Assembly: GCF_002105155.1 (NCBI RefSeq)
Contig: NW_019028990.1
Span: 496,001 to 560,000, forward strand
Reading direction: 5' to 3'
DNA from: Lobosporangium transversale
Lineage: Eukaryota
Length of the DNA stretch: 64,000 nt
The stretch's first letter is position 1. Each line of letters opens with the position of its first letter. Under the pieces are notes generated by a model. It had not been told where the DNA came from and did no database searches. It was given only the letters and a program-made list of their open reading frames with translations. The position numbers were made by a program, and so were the translations under genes. Of the stretch, positions 53,354 to 64,000 are shown piece after piece.

Positions 53354-53836
53354 TCAAACAAAACTCCAGCTGATTTGGATGACGCCTACATCTAAAGGAG
53401 CCAACTTCTTGAAGACAGCCTGTGAGAGATCCAGCGAACCCGAGGAACAGTATCTAGAAGGACAGGTGTCAACCACGGTGGCCACCACAGACTGGCCTTT
53501 GGCAGTGATACGGACTTGGCGGCCACATTGGGAAGTGCCGTCCATTTGAGCAGCATTCATGGCGACGATCATATCATTCGTGTCGAAGGGCTTGCCGCAG
53601 GATCCGGTCTTGTCTGTGAACCAGGTTGCACGACCCGAGAACAAGCCATTAGTAGAAGCAGTTACGGAGACCACAGTGTCCAGGGAGTTGGAGAGATTGA
53701 GCTCCGAATCAGGAATGATGGCTGCAGTAGTGTGACGACGAGGGGGAAGAACTTCCGAGATTGAGGGATCAATAGGAGCAGCCAAGCCACCAACAGCTGC
53801 AACAGCGAAGAGAACAAATTTGTAAAGGATGGCCAT
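53354..53836 (-). CDS. Secreted expansin-like/loosenin (RlpA-like double-psi beta-barrel) protein
   Basis: Signal peptide, then GRATWF...GSCG...IVAMN...QCGRQVRI...VVDTCP..C....LDLSQAVFKKLAPLDVGVIQISW. TATAAAA on the minus strand at about 53951-53957. Confidence 0.93.
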   Translation of the reverse strand: MAILYKFVLFAVAAVGGLAAPIDPSISEVLPPRRHTTAAIIPDSELNLSNSLDTVVSVTASTNGLFSGRATWFTDKTGSCGKPFDTNDMIVAMNAAQMDGTSQCGRQVRITAKGQSVVATVVDTCPSRYCSSGSLDLSQAVFKKLAPLDVGVIQISWSFV

Positions 53837-55425
53837 TTTATTTTTCTTTGAAAAGGAAGCAGAAAGTAGAGAAAGAGAGAGAATACTTTTTCTATAGTCG
53901 TGTCTGAAATACTATGTATTATTTAAAAGTTCGTTGAGATGTCTTCCTCCTTTTATACAGAAATATCTCCTTTACTTTTTGTCTGGGATCTAAAAGAGCA
54001 CAGCAAAATTGACCAAGCTTTGCGCACCTATGCATGGCTAGAGAGGCATGGACGCGGCGTGGGCGCAGTGGCAAGGAATGCATTATGAATGGAGTGTGTA
54101 GGACGAACATTAATTAAAGCGGAGCCTTAAACATTGCATGGGACCCCTACTTTTGTTATTATATATTATTACTGTTATTATTGTTATAATATTATACACC
54201 ATTATAAATTATTCTTATTGTTTTTATTGTTTACTTTCATTATAACCAATAGAGGGAATAAAGGACGCGTTTTTATTTTTTTGTAAAATGAAGAATATGA
54301 GTCGATTAATAAATCGTTCTCCAATTGCATTAACCTTGCCAAATTGCTGACCAATCCTAAAGAGCCTACGATGCCCCTGCTCATACCATGGCAAAGAAAA
54401 CTCCGCTCTACTTGATCGTAGGTCTGGAATGGATCAGGGCCATTGGGACTGATTTGTTAGATTTCATTATCTTATTAACACAGAAAGGGCATATATATTT
54501 TTGACCTAACGATGAATGGAAAGAATTTTTCTGTGGCGTCCTTCCTGGGCTGTGAGGGAGCAGTTGCCCTATAGTCTCAAGTTGGGTTCGCACTCAGTAG
54601 TTTTTTTTTTTTTTTTTTTTTTTTTTTTCGTCTTTTCATATTTCTCTAAGTAGGAAAGTAATAATAATAATAATAAAGGGCTTAGAAACCGCTGCGCCTT
54701 CTTATTACATTGCCGCTCCATCATAATAATTCTAGCTTGCTTAACTCTTGGCTATGTTGCTTATTTAAAGAAACAATGATAGATAATCAATAGCTCTCCA
54801 GTGGCAATATGCAGCATAGGATGCAATCCTTCCGTCTTTGGGTGTATAATTGTGGCTGGACAGCAATAAAAATAAATTAAAAAAGGACTGTTTTTCTGTT
54901 ATATCTATAAATGTTATTATCTCCAATAACCGGTTCTCCTGTCCTCTTACTTTAGCTCTCATTATGGCGCCTTACGACAGTTTTTTTTTTCTTATGTCGT
55001 AAAAAACTCATGCTATGCGGTCTGTCTATATAAATAACAGTTCCGCAATGTGTGTGCTTCATTGGCTGAACAGAAAGGGCGGGTAAATTCAACCCTGCAT
55101 TGCTTCGCCGTATTTTACTCCCCGCCCAAAAAAAAAGTTTGGACCTGCAACAGTTGAATTGTCTCCTTCTTCGCATCCATGCTTAATAAACTTTATGCAG
55201 GCATGCATTACAAAATTTGTTGTAAATCCATCTTCGGATGAATGTGGGGAAGACGGAAGAATGGAATCCATACTGGGTGTGAAGCTTTTTTTTTTTTTTT
55301 TTTTTTTAAAAAAAAAATAATTCATAAGCATTGCACACATTGAAAGCATGAGAGAGAGTTATTGTTGTCGATAAATGACTCCAAGGTATTTATTATACAC
55401 GTCCTTATTTCGTCGTCTTTTTGCT

Positions 55426-56495
55426 TCATTGTTTCTCGCCCTTGGTTAGTTGTGTCTCCTCCATTGAGGGCAGTTTAGAGGCTGATCGCAGAGAATTGAT
55501 CAAGCTACTCCAGTCCATATCTCCAAGTCCTTGGTCATGTACAGCCTTCAAGTGATTATACGCCAAATCAGCTGTCGGCAATGATGCTCCTGTTTCCAAA
55601 GCTAGCTGTCTCATATGTCCTACATCCTTCAATCCCAAATCGACCGAAAATCCATCTTCTTTGTGAACGACCGCGGTACCATCGACCATCTTGCGACTAT
55701 ACTCGATCCAGGCAGGTGCAGGGAAAAACGCCTCAATGAACTTGAGAATTGATTGTGGATCGACTTCGGCCTTTTCTGCCAGAGTTAAACCCTCTGCTAA
55801 CAACTCCATAGTTCCTACGACGAAGAAATTACCGATCAACTTGAAATTACATGCTTTAGCCACGTCTTTGGTGTTGAGATGAATGATGCTCTTGGACATG
55901 GTTGTGAAGTAAAGACACATTTTCTTGATGATCTTTTCGTCTCCACCGCTGGTGACCCAAATCAATTTAGCAGCCTTCGCCACCGGTGGACGGCCAAAGA
56001 CAGGGCATTGGAGATATGTGTGCTTTTGTGGACAGGCTGCGAGTTGCTTTTGAAGCTCAGTAGCCAGTGCAGGATAGATGGTTGAAGTCTCCACAAAAAT
56101 GATGGGGTGCTCTACCTGGTTTGCCAAATCGATAAGCTGTGTATAAACCTCTTGTACAGCTGCATCGTTTGCCAACGATGTGAAGATCTAAAGGATGAAT
56201 AAATTTATATTAGCGTACATAAATCTACAGCTTTATCTTCCTCTTCATTTTAAAGACCCATGGATGAATTACTCACAATGTTACTCTGAGCAACCAAGTC
56301 TTCGATTGATTTAGCAATATGTACTCCATGATGTCGCAGCTTCGCACTTTTAGCTGGGTCGCGGTTCCAAACAATCATGTTCAGATGAAGTGAAGCAAGA
56401 TAACGCTGAAGATTGCTGGCCATATAGTAGCCCATCTCACCGAGGCCAATCCATCCGATGCGATCTTGATGTTTAAGATGAATTAGGTGGTTCAT
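55426..56495 (-). CDS. NAD(P)-dependent beta-hydroxyacid dehydrogenase (3-hydroxyisobutyrate/6-phosphogluconate dehydrogenase-like family)
   Basis: Exons 56495-56277 and 56187-55426. Rossmann motif IGWIGLGEMG, WNR, ETSTIYP, CPVFGRP, catalytic KLIGN, FSVDLGLKD and DWSSL. Confidence 0.92.
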
Positions 56496-56979
56496 GATTT
56501 CTTATGATAGATATCAAAGTATTCTGTTTCTTTTTTTTTTTTTTTTTTTTTTTTGCTTTGTTCTTTTTGAGAAGGTAACTTATACGTTGAAAATGGAATA
56601 AATAAGACAAGAGACAAGTTTGAAAAGAGATACAAAAAAAATAAAAAAGATTGTTCGTTTTTATATGACAGCATGCATTTTGCTGTTATGAGCAAAGAGA
56701 TAGGTAAAAACGCGAAGAAAAGAAGCCACGTAAAGCCAAGGCGGAAGTTGGGATCATTTACGGGCTTTTTCTATAGGCTTTGATCGGACCCTTTCCGGCG
56801 TCATCATGATGCTGAAGTCTATCTTCAAAGTCGAAACCACGGGCAATCCCTTCTGGGAAGAGCGGGGAACATGAGCTCACGTGATATCCTATTGATTTGT
56901 TTCTATTTTCGGGTATATGTGTAGTCTAACGGAAGGGTAAACTGTGGGGTTGCTTTGTTAAGGTGATAGTCTATACTAT

Positions 56980-58093
56980 TCAAGGCTCGATATTGGTATT
57001 GATTTCGCCCCTTTCATTCTTGATTCCCACCTCGCCTACGTCTCCATCCTCATTATCGCTGAATGTTGTCATCTCCACTATATACTTTTCAGGGGTCCTC
57101 ATTAAATGATGGGTGGCTGTCACACGATCTCCAAGCACTGATCTAACAGCAGATGAGCTAGTCAGTAACTGGCGCCAAGAGTTTGTTGAGGGTCCAAATC
57201 CTGACCATGTACTATTAGCATCGGGGACTCGATCCGGTCTTCGGTACCCAGCACCCACCTCCAGCATCCTAACAACCTGAAGAGCTGCCAAAGTTGCTTC
57301 ACGATCGACATCCAAGTTTGTCCAAATCGTAGGAATGTCATAAAAATCTTCCAGAAAGTTTGTAACATCATCTCTATCAAACGCATATTTCGAAACGGCT
57401 GCAACTGTAGCATCATATAACGGAGAAGATGTAGAGAAAATACGAAGTAAATGTAGAGCAGAAAAGTGAGGGAATGGAATTATCAAAGGCAACCAGCAAT
57501 AATGCTGCCGCAGTTATTAAGAACCCGTGAATATAATAGTAGAGCTGAATTAAAGTAATTACCTCGTGTGATTACGATCGCGCAGTGACCTAGGAACCAG
57601 CCTGGATCTAACTGTAGAAGCGACTGCTTACAGTCCTCCCATGAGGTATGATTTGACATATTGACCATAAAGAGGATCAAATCGTATCGTGTGACTGATT
57701 CCATGACACCTGGGATAGACTGTTGGTCATTATTAAATGGGCGTATCAGGGGCATTTTTGGCGCGGCCCCAGGTCCTGAAACTGCAAAGGAGAGTGACTC
57801 TGCTGTTCTAAAATTTACATCGGTGTTGATTCCGTGCAAATTTCCTATTGCTGGTAATTCTGATGCTATAGCCTGTTCCTGCTGAAGTGGTTGCGATGTA
57901 ACCTCTGAGCGTATGTATGATGCCAACCTCCGTTTACCAATACCTGCATGGCCTACCAACTGTCATAATTCTAAAGTTATTTATAAAAATCTAATGGTTC
58001 AATTGCACAAATCAATTTAACATTACTGCGAATCCACCGAAGAGGGAGGCTCACCAAGATTGTCGTTGTGGACCTTGGGATTATAAAGTCCAT
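56980..58093 (-). CDS. CENPM: Centromere protein M (CENP-M)-like small-GTPase-fold protein
   Basis: Exons 58093-58055, 57959-57563 and 57404-56980; start uncertain. Spliced product has TTTILLVG, RTAESL, RYDLILFMVNMSNHTSWEDCKQSLLQLDPGWFLGHCAIVITR and YDIPTIWTNLDVD...QVVRMLEVGAG. These are colinear with recalled human CENP-M ([68 protein letters not shown]...RLVRVLQICAG). Confidence 0.82.
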
Positions 58094-60020
58094 GTCTGAT
58101 GTAAGAGAGATACTTGGGATCTTTTTAAAGACGTGGTGCTCTCCCTTATTAACGGTGACCACGTGATTATAATAAAGCAACAGCTTTAAATGATGAAACA
58201 GGGGAATGACTCCCAGTGTAAGGAACAGACGGGAGACAAGAACACATGTGTAAATAAAAATAAACCTCGGGTTAAATTGGTATGCATGTCGGCAAAAAAA
58301 GGTATCGAGGCTGCTGTGCAATGGAATATCGGCATGTTGTGAAAGAAGTAGAGGACGTTTTGAAAAAAACCTGACGTATTATCGCTTGCTTCAAGCTAAT
58401 GTGATCAAATAGACAGACCACCCTGTATGAACACAAAAAATTGAATATTTCTGGTGCTATGGGTACCTTGTTAGCTGTTTGGTATGTCTGTTTTTGCAAA
58501 CTGAGCCAGCTAGTGTTGTCATGGATAGATACAAATTCGTTTTAGTGGCGTTAAGGTAAATGCCGCGCGCAGTACAATTTCTGCGATTCACTCCTTACAA
58601 TGAATAAATGAAATAAAATAAGATAAAAAGGAACTTTCATGACGGCGACAACAAGGTACGCACACAACAAAAAGGAGTACTTTTATTTGTAGGGTCACAG
58701 GACTCCAAAAGCAAATATTCGCAACCTCATGCCAGGGAAAATGGTTTCTGAACCAGACTTCTGATCTTACTCTCGAGATCGGCTAACGATGTGGTTATGG
58801 GATTCTCAGGAAGATCAGAGATCGGAAGAGGATGTGGTGGCCATAGTTATTCTCTTAATCGCAGTTTATTTCTCGGTTTGCTTCTCTCGTAGTTCTATAT
58901 CCTTTTCCGCATGGGAGGAGGGAGAACTAGGAGGCATCAAGGGCAAATTGAGATCTCATCCCTTTGTACATCATTCACTCGTTGACCACAGCTCATCACT
59001 TGCCTCTCTGCCTCTTTCGTTTTGTCATTATCTTTAGCATTCACCCTCCCCTCTAGCCAATACTGCTTCGAACGTAAGCCATTCGACGTCGATAAAATAA
59101 ACGATATAGCGAACGTATCTCGAATAAGGATAATTAAATGTATAATGAAAAGGTCGGGACTTTTCTCACCCAGATCATGCATGAGCGATGGTCTTAATCA
59201 CTTCTCGCGTGCGAAAATCCGTTCTTAGCAAACGATTTTAAGGAAAACCTGCATCATTTCCTCGCAAGCTGCATCCAAAAAGCCCTCACCCCGTTTATCA
59301 ATGAAAAATCAATAATTATCCTATCCTGCAACCTTATGCAGCACATTCCAATACTCCATCGACACTTATTTCCAATATTTCGTCTCTTGCGTCAGAATGA
59401 ACACCAGAAAAACATAAAAGATCATTGGGAGGCCAAGTGGAGGAACCCAAGGTTACCCATGTGCATTTTACTTCATTCCTGATGACAAGTAGCCACATGC
59501 ATACACATAAACATTTGTCCACATTCAAATACTTTTTTACTATCCTGACATCTTTGTTGACCTCGACCCACCTCCACACCTGAAGATACATAAATTTGAC
59601 ATTCTCTTTCTCTTGAATGTGAATGCGTTCGCTCTTGCGTGTACGTCTTTGATTTTTTTTTTTTTTTGTGCCACATCCCTCCACGCGATATTCCTGCAGC
59701 TCATTTTGGTCCTCTCTGTCCCTAGTCCACCCAGAGTACTGGAGACATATTAATAGCTCTTGATCTCGACTGCCGCCTTTCTCTACCCGCGTTGCTGTCC
59801 TCATTTCCCCCTCGCCTCTTTTTCCTCCTGCCTCCGCTTCTCTCTCGTCCTGCTCACTTTCTATTCTACCCCTCTAGCCTACTCTAGTCTTACTCGCGTC
59901 CTGCGCTTTTACCAAATCAACCCTTTCCTCCTTCCACCTCCTTCCATCCAACCTTTATTACTTCTTTGTCTCTTCCACCTCTGTTCCTCGCAATTTTTTT
60001 TTCTAACCACATTTTATTCA

Positions 60021-60184
60021 CTTTCTCTTTTCTTTCTCTCTTCTCATTTCCTCTTTCTCTTTTTTTCTCTTTCTCTTTCTCTCTTTTTCTCTCTTTCTCT
60101 CTTTCTCTTTTTCTCTTTTTCTCTTTTTCTCTTTTTCTCTCTCTCACCCTCCCACCCTCTCTCTCTTTCTCTTTCCCTTTTTTT
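60021..60184 (+). repeat. CT-rich polypyrimidine tract upstream of the APSES gene
   Basis: About 99 consecutive pyrimidines (60047-60145) built from CTCTTT(TT) units. Confidence 0.85.
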
Positions 60185-60417
60185 ACCTTTTATTTTTAAT
60201 TATCTTCTAACTTGAAGTATCCATATCCGATAAAGACTATAAACGGCAAACTATTAGCACCCCATTCCTATCTGCCCCCTCATTTAGAGCCCTTCTATCC
60301 TTGTCTTTTAATATAGCTGTGTTCCTTTTTGAAGCATTATCACCATCCCTCCCCTATTCAAATTTGACACCCTGATCCAAGCCAACTGCGCCCCGACCAA
60401 AGACACACTTCACTTTC

Positions 60418-62332
60418 ATGCTAGGCCACCAGCAACTGCTGCAACAGCAGCGGCAGAGCTTTCATACTCACCAGCAACATCAACAACATCAAGAACAACA
60501 TCATAAACAGCATCAACAGTATCAGCAGCAACAGCTCGGACATCAAGACTTTAAGTTAAACATCGGTCACACCAAACAGCTCAGTTCCCACTTATCAGCC
60601 CCTAATTCATCTTCAACCTCGACCTCCTCGGTCGGGACGATCAACATCAGGCCTTCAGTAATTGCCTCTCTACCACCGGCATTCCCATACCCTGGTCACT
60701 CCAGCACTCCAATTCCGACTCCAACTTTGCCCTCTGTCTCATCTTTATCCACGAGCATTGCATCTGTATCTGGCGATGTCTCCATAGGCACAGGCGAGAA
60801 CTTTGCTCCAAATATCAAGAAAGCAAAGTACTCAACATCACTCGATCCTAGAGGATTCATTCCCGGTAAGTTGGGATGTTCGAAGCCCGGAGAATTCTTC
60901 ATATTTTATGTCAGATCACAATATGTTCTAAAAAAATACTTTGCCCTATTCATGTCAAAACCTAGTCTTCGAGTATGAACTCTATGGGCATCCTATCATG
61001 TGGGACCAGGAGAATCTGTATGTTCACTTTACAGGCATATGGAAAGTATTAGGAAAAACCAAAGCCGATATAGTCAAGATCATTGATGCCAATCCAATCC
61101 TAGAGTCCATAATCCGGAAAGTGCGTGGTGGTTTTCTCAAGATCCAAGGCACTTGGTACGATTTCCTTCTTTCCATTATATGATGTATTCAAGTCCAATG
61201 TGAGGCGGGTTTTTCGAGAAACGTAACATATTCATGTCTTATTTATTGTACTAATCTGCATCTATACTATAGGATGCCGCATCAAGAAGCATACGACCTT
61301 GCGAAAAAGACCTGCTATAAATTACGTTATGAGTTGGTTCCTGTTTTCGGTCCCAGTTTCGTCAATGACTGTATTCCACCAGATGCCCCAGGTTTTGGCT
61401 CAATTCACCTTACAGTAGTTCGTCGGCGGGCCTCCGAATGTGTTGTGGGTCAAAGGCAAGCCGTGATGGGTCCACAGCAATTTCGCCTCCATCAGACTCA
61501 CCTTCATCCCAGTTTGAAAAGACGCTATTCTAGCAATGATGTGAGTCGTCTCAGTCGATTAGGCCAAGCAAATAGCCCCACCACTAGCCATCTCTCCACC
61601 TCATTCTTGCTTAATCGAAGTAAAGAGCATCAGCAAGATAGTAGTATGGACGGCGATCAAGAGGATGATCAAGATTTAGATATGGACGACGATGATAATA
61701 GTACTGGCCATAGTAGAAGTATAAGTAGCCAGGCTCGACAGCATCGCTTCAGTCGCACTGGTCGATTCAATTCTAATATTGATAATGACGATGAAGATGA
61801 TGACGACGGAGACAGACTCTTGGACGGTTCAACAGGAGATGAAGAGGAGCATCAGTCTCTATCAGGATCGTATGATGGTGATGATATTGATGTCGATGGG
61901 GAATCTTGTACTAGCGAACAAGATGATCCCATGTATGGACTAGCACGTCTCGATCTATCCCGCCGCAATTCTTCACCGATGCCTTTGAATGCAGCCTACG
62001 CGCTCGGGAGCAACGGAGGGGCAAAGTCTTCCACGCGTGCTAGGAGAGGAAGACCACCGACACGGAGTCCAATGCCAATGGCCAGTCGTATCGCGGCCAA
62101 TTACGTTGCGTACAATAATTATGTTTCCAGCAACACACAGGCTGCACAAGGGCTCGGTCGCAACAACCAGTCCAGTCGTTCACAGAAGCAACAGGCCCGT
62201 CAGCAGCAAAAGCTACAGAGTCAATCGCTCCAACAGCACCAACTACTACTGTTGCAGCAGCAACAACAACAACAACAACAACAGCAGCAGCAGCAGCAAC
62301 AACAGCAGCAACAACAGCAGCAACAACAGCAG

Positions 62333-62363
<31 letters not shown>

Positions 62364-62713
62364 GGCGATACCAATCATTGCAAATATCAGCTATTCAACA
62401 GCAGCAACCACAGCAGCAGTCACCAGATCAAGAGTATCCTTATCAAGGCTCCAATTGTGCTCCCGCTATGACCGGGCTTACGCACCAAGAGCTAGTCGAA
62501 TTCTTCAAAGCCGGGCAAGCATTGCAGCGCATGTCTCAGGATGATGGCGTTCGCCCTTGGAAACAAGATAGTGGGCGAATGATCCTTCCAAAGAAGATTG
62601 TCCTTGGGGAGCAAGTATTCCAGTGCGTGGGTGGCGAATATAAATGTATTCCTGAGCCAAACAACTCTTCTTCGACAAAACCGCCAGGAGAGGATGATGG
62701 GTGGTCTCGCTGA
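60418..62713 (+). CDS. APSES/KilA-N transcription factor, Xbp1-like clade, with long polyQ
   Basis: Exons 60418-60865, 60966-61155 and 61273-62713. Motifs KAKYSTSLDPRGFIPVFEY, IMWDQENLYVHFTGIWK and RKVRGGFLKIQGTWMP...RYELVPVFGPSF. Confidence 0.9.
62253..62363 (+). repeat. CAA/CAG trinucleotide repeat encoding a polyQ tract of about 37 residues
   Basis: Read directly from the sequence, inside the APSES CDS. Confidence 0.9.
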
Positions 62714-63407
62714 AAAGAAGTGAACATCCTTTCTTTTCTCTTGTCTTTTTTTTTTCTTTTTTCTTTTTCTTTGGCCCTTTAACTCTCACTCTCTACATGT
62801 ACATATACTTTCTAATTCAACATAAGCTTGCTTATTGGAAACATGCTCTAAAGTCTCTTGTCAACTGTTATCATAATACAGCAGTTATTCTGGCCATCAT
62901 GAATTTATGACCTTTTTTGAATGTCTAGTCAGGTCGTTCATTTTGATTCTATCATTCCATGTTGTTCAAGACTTTGTCTAGTCTTGAGTTCTTCATTGGA
63001 TCAAACCAGATTGAATGTTGCTTTGAGTTGCACTATTTGAAGTGTTGAATAAATTTCATAAAAGATTAAGAGCATAGAGTACCTTATTAAGACGTTATTC
63101 CAGAAGGAGTACAATATAGATCAAGAAATGAATGATAAAAAACAGAGGACTCACGGGCCATCTCCACATTGATGATGGTACATCATTTTCCCTTGTTTTT
63201 CTCTTTCCCCGTTCCCACTCTTGTTTGTTGGGCTCAACTCAACCAGTTCCCTTTTTTGGGTTCCCGCCTGCAAGCCCTTATCTCAGGACTGTTTACAGAA
63301 GGAAAAGTGTTTTTATTTCACTTCATTTTTTTTTCGTTTCTAATTACTTTTTCTCTCTTCTATTCGATTGATTCGCCATTCCCTTGAAATTCCATCGTCA
63401 AGTAATC

Positions 63408-63838
63408 ATGTTGCGCACCCTTCACCTCTCCAAGCCTCTCGCCGCTACCCTCAGCAAGGTATATATTTTATATATTCATAAAATAAACTTGACACCGAGC
63501 ATTTTATCTTTTCCCATAAAGAACGGTATCTATATACGATAGTCGATACTGGAGACACTTCTATGCTTCGAGACATCCTATTAACTGTATCTATTTATGG
63601 AAGGAGATCAATGGTTAAAGGCCCATGTCCAGCTGAAGAATGTCTCTAACAAAATGATAGCTCTTTCTCTTATTTGGTGTCAAGCTTTTTTTTTTTTTTT
63701 TTTTTTTTTCTCATTGTAATGGCAATAACAAAAAAACAGCAGACGTAGTAATTATTAAATGTCGTGTATCTGTTTTCTCCTTCATAGATGGGCCCACGTG
63801 CCATGAGCACCTCCACCATCGTTCCCCAGGTTCAGGAT
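63408..63838 (+). CDS. First two exons of a probably mitochondrion-targeted protein; gene continues beyond the window
   Basis: Exon 63408-63458 encodes MLRTLHLSKPLAATLSK (donor GTATAT). Exon 63788-63838 encodes MGPRAMSTSTIVPQVQD (acceptor CATAG, donor GTAAGT). The N-terminus is basic and acid-free, like a presequence. Product cannot be identified. Confidence 0.65.
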
Positions 63839-64000
63839 GTAAGTCAAGCAGAAGAGAATTTCAACTTCTTGACGTCAATTATGTAATTGGTTTTTAATTG
63901 CGTTCGACTATGATTTTTATAATCATTATTATGATTATTATGATCATAATTCTAATTTACGGATCAAGGATTGGAATCAAAGACGACATTAAATGAGCCT

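Noticed and set aside
59334..60215. ORFs of 151-156 aa upstream of the APSES gene
   Set aside because: Derived from CT-rich promoter DNA; low-complexity F/L/S or K/R/E composition with no domain motifs.
1..64000. Prokaryotic-type systems (CRISPR, operons, defence islands), a biosynthetic gene cluster or an intact transposon
   Set aside because: Intron-containing eukaryotic genes of unrelated functions; no repeat-spacer array, synthase backbone gene, transposase or reverse-transcriptase motif, LTR or TIR was seen.

Overview
AT-rich eukaryotic DNA with short spliceosomal introns and many 20-36 nt poly(A)/poly(T) tracts. Gene content and style suggest an early-diverging fungus, probably Mucoromycota/Mortierellaceae (inference). 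I spliced about 19 protein-coding genes by hand. Housekeeping genes: UTP13, mitochondrial RSM10, TIM44, VPS33, a TBC1D8/9-type GRAM-TBC-EF-hand RabGAP, phosducin-like PLP1/TXNDC9 and a beta-hydroxyacid dehydrogenase. Regulators: a TKL-type kinase-ankyrin protein, a MATA-type HMG-box factor and an Xbp1-like APSES factor. Also present: two small secreted proteins, two orphans and partial genes at both ends. I found no rRNA, tRNA, CRISPR or intact mobile element, and no evidence of one co-regulated multi-gene novel system. The most notable results emerge only after splicing: a CENP-M-like kinetochore protein with an almost intact GTPase P-loop, an Aven-like RGG protein, a YhfC/PrsW/APH-1-like intramembrane protease, two GC-AG introns, and introns with complementary poly(A)/poly(U) tracts. 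Homology calls rest on motifs recalled from memory; no database search was run.
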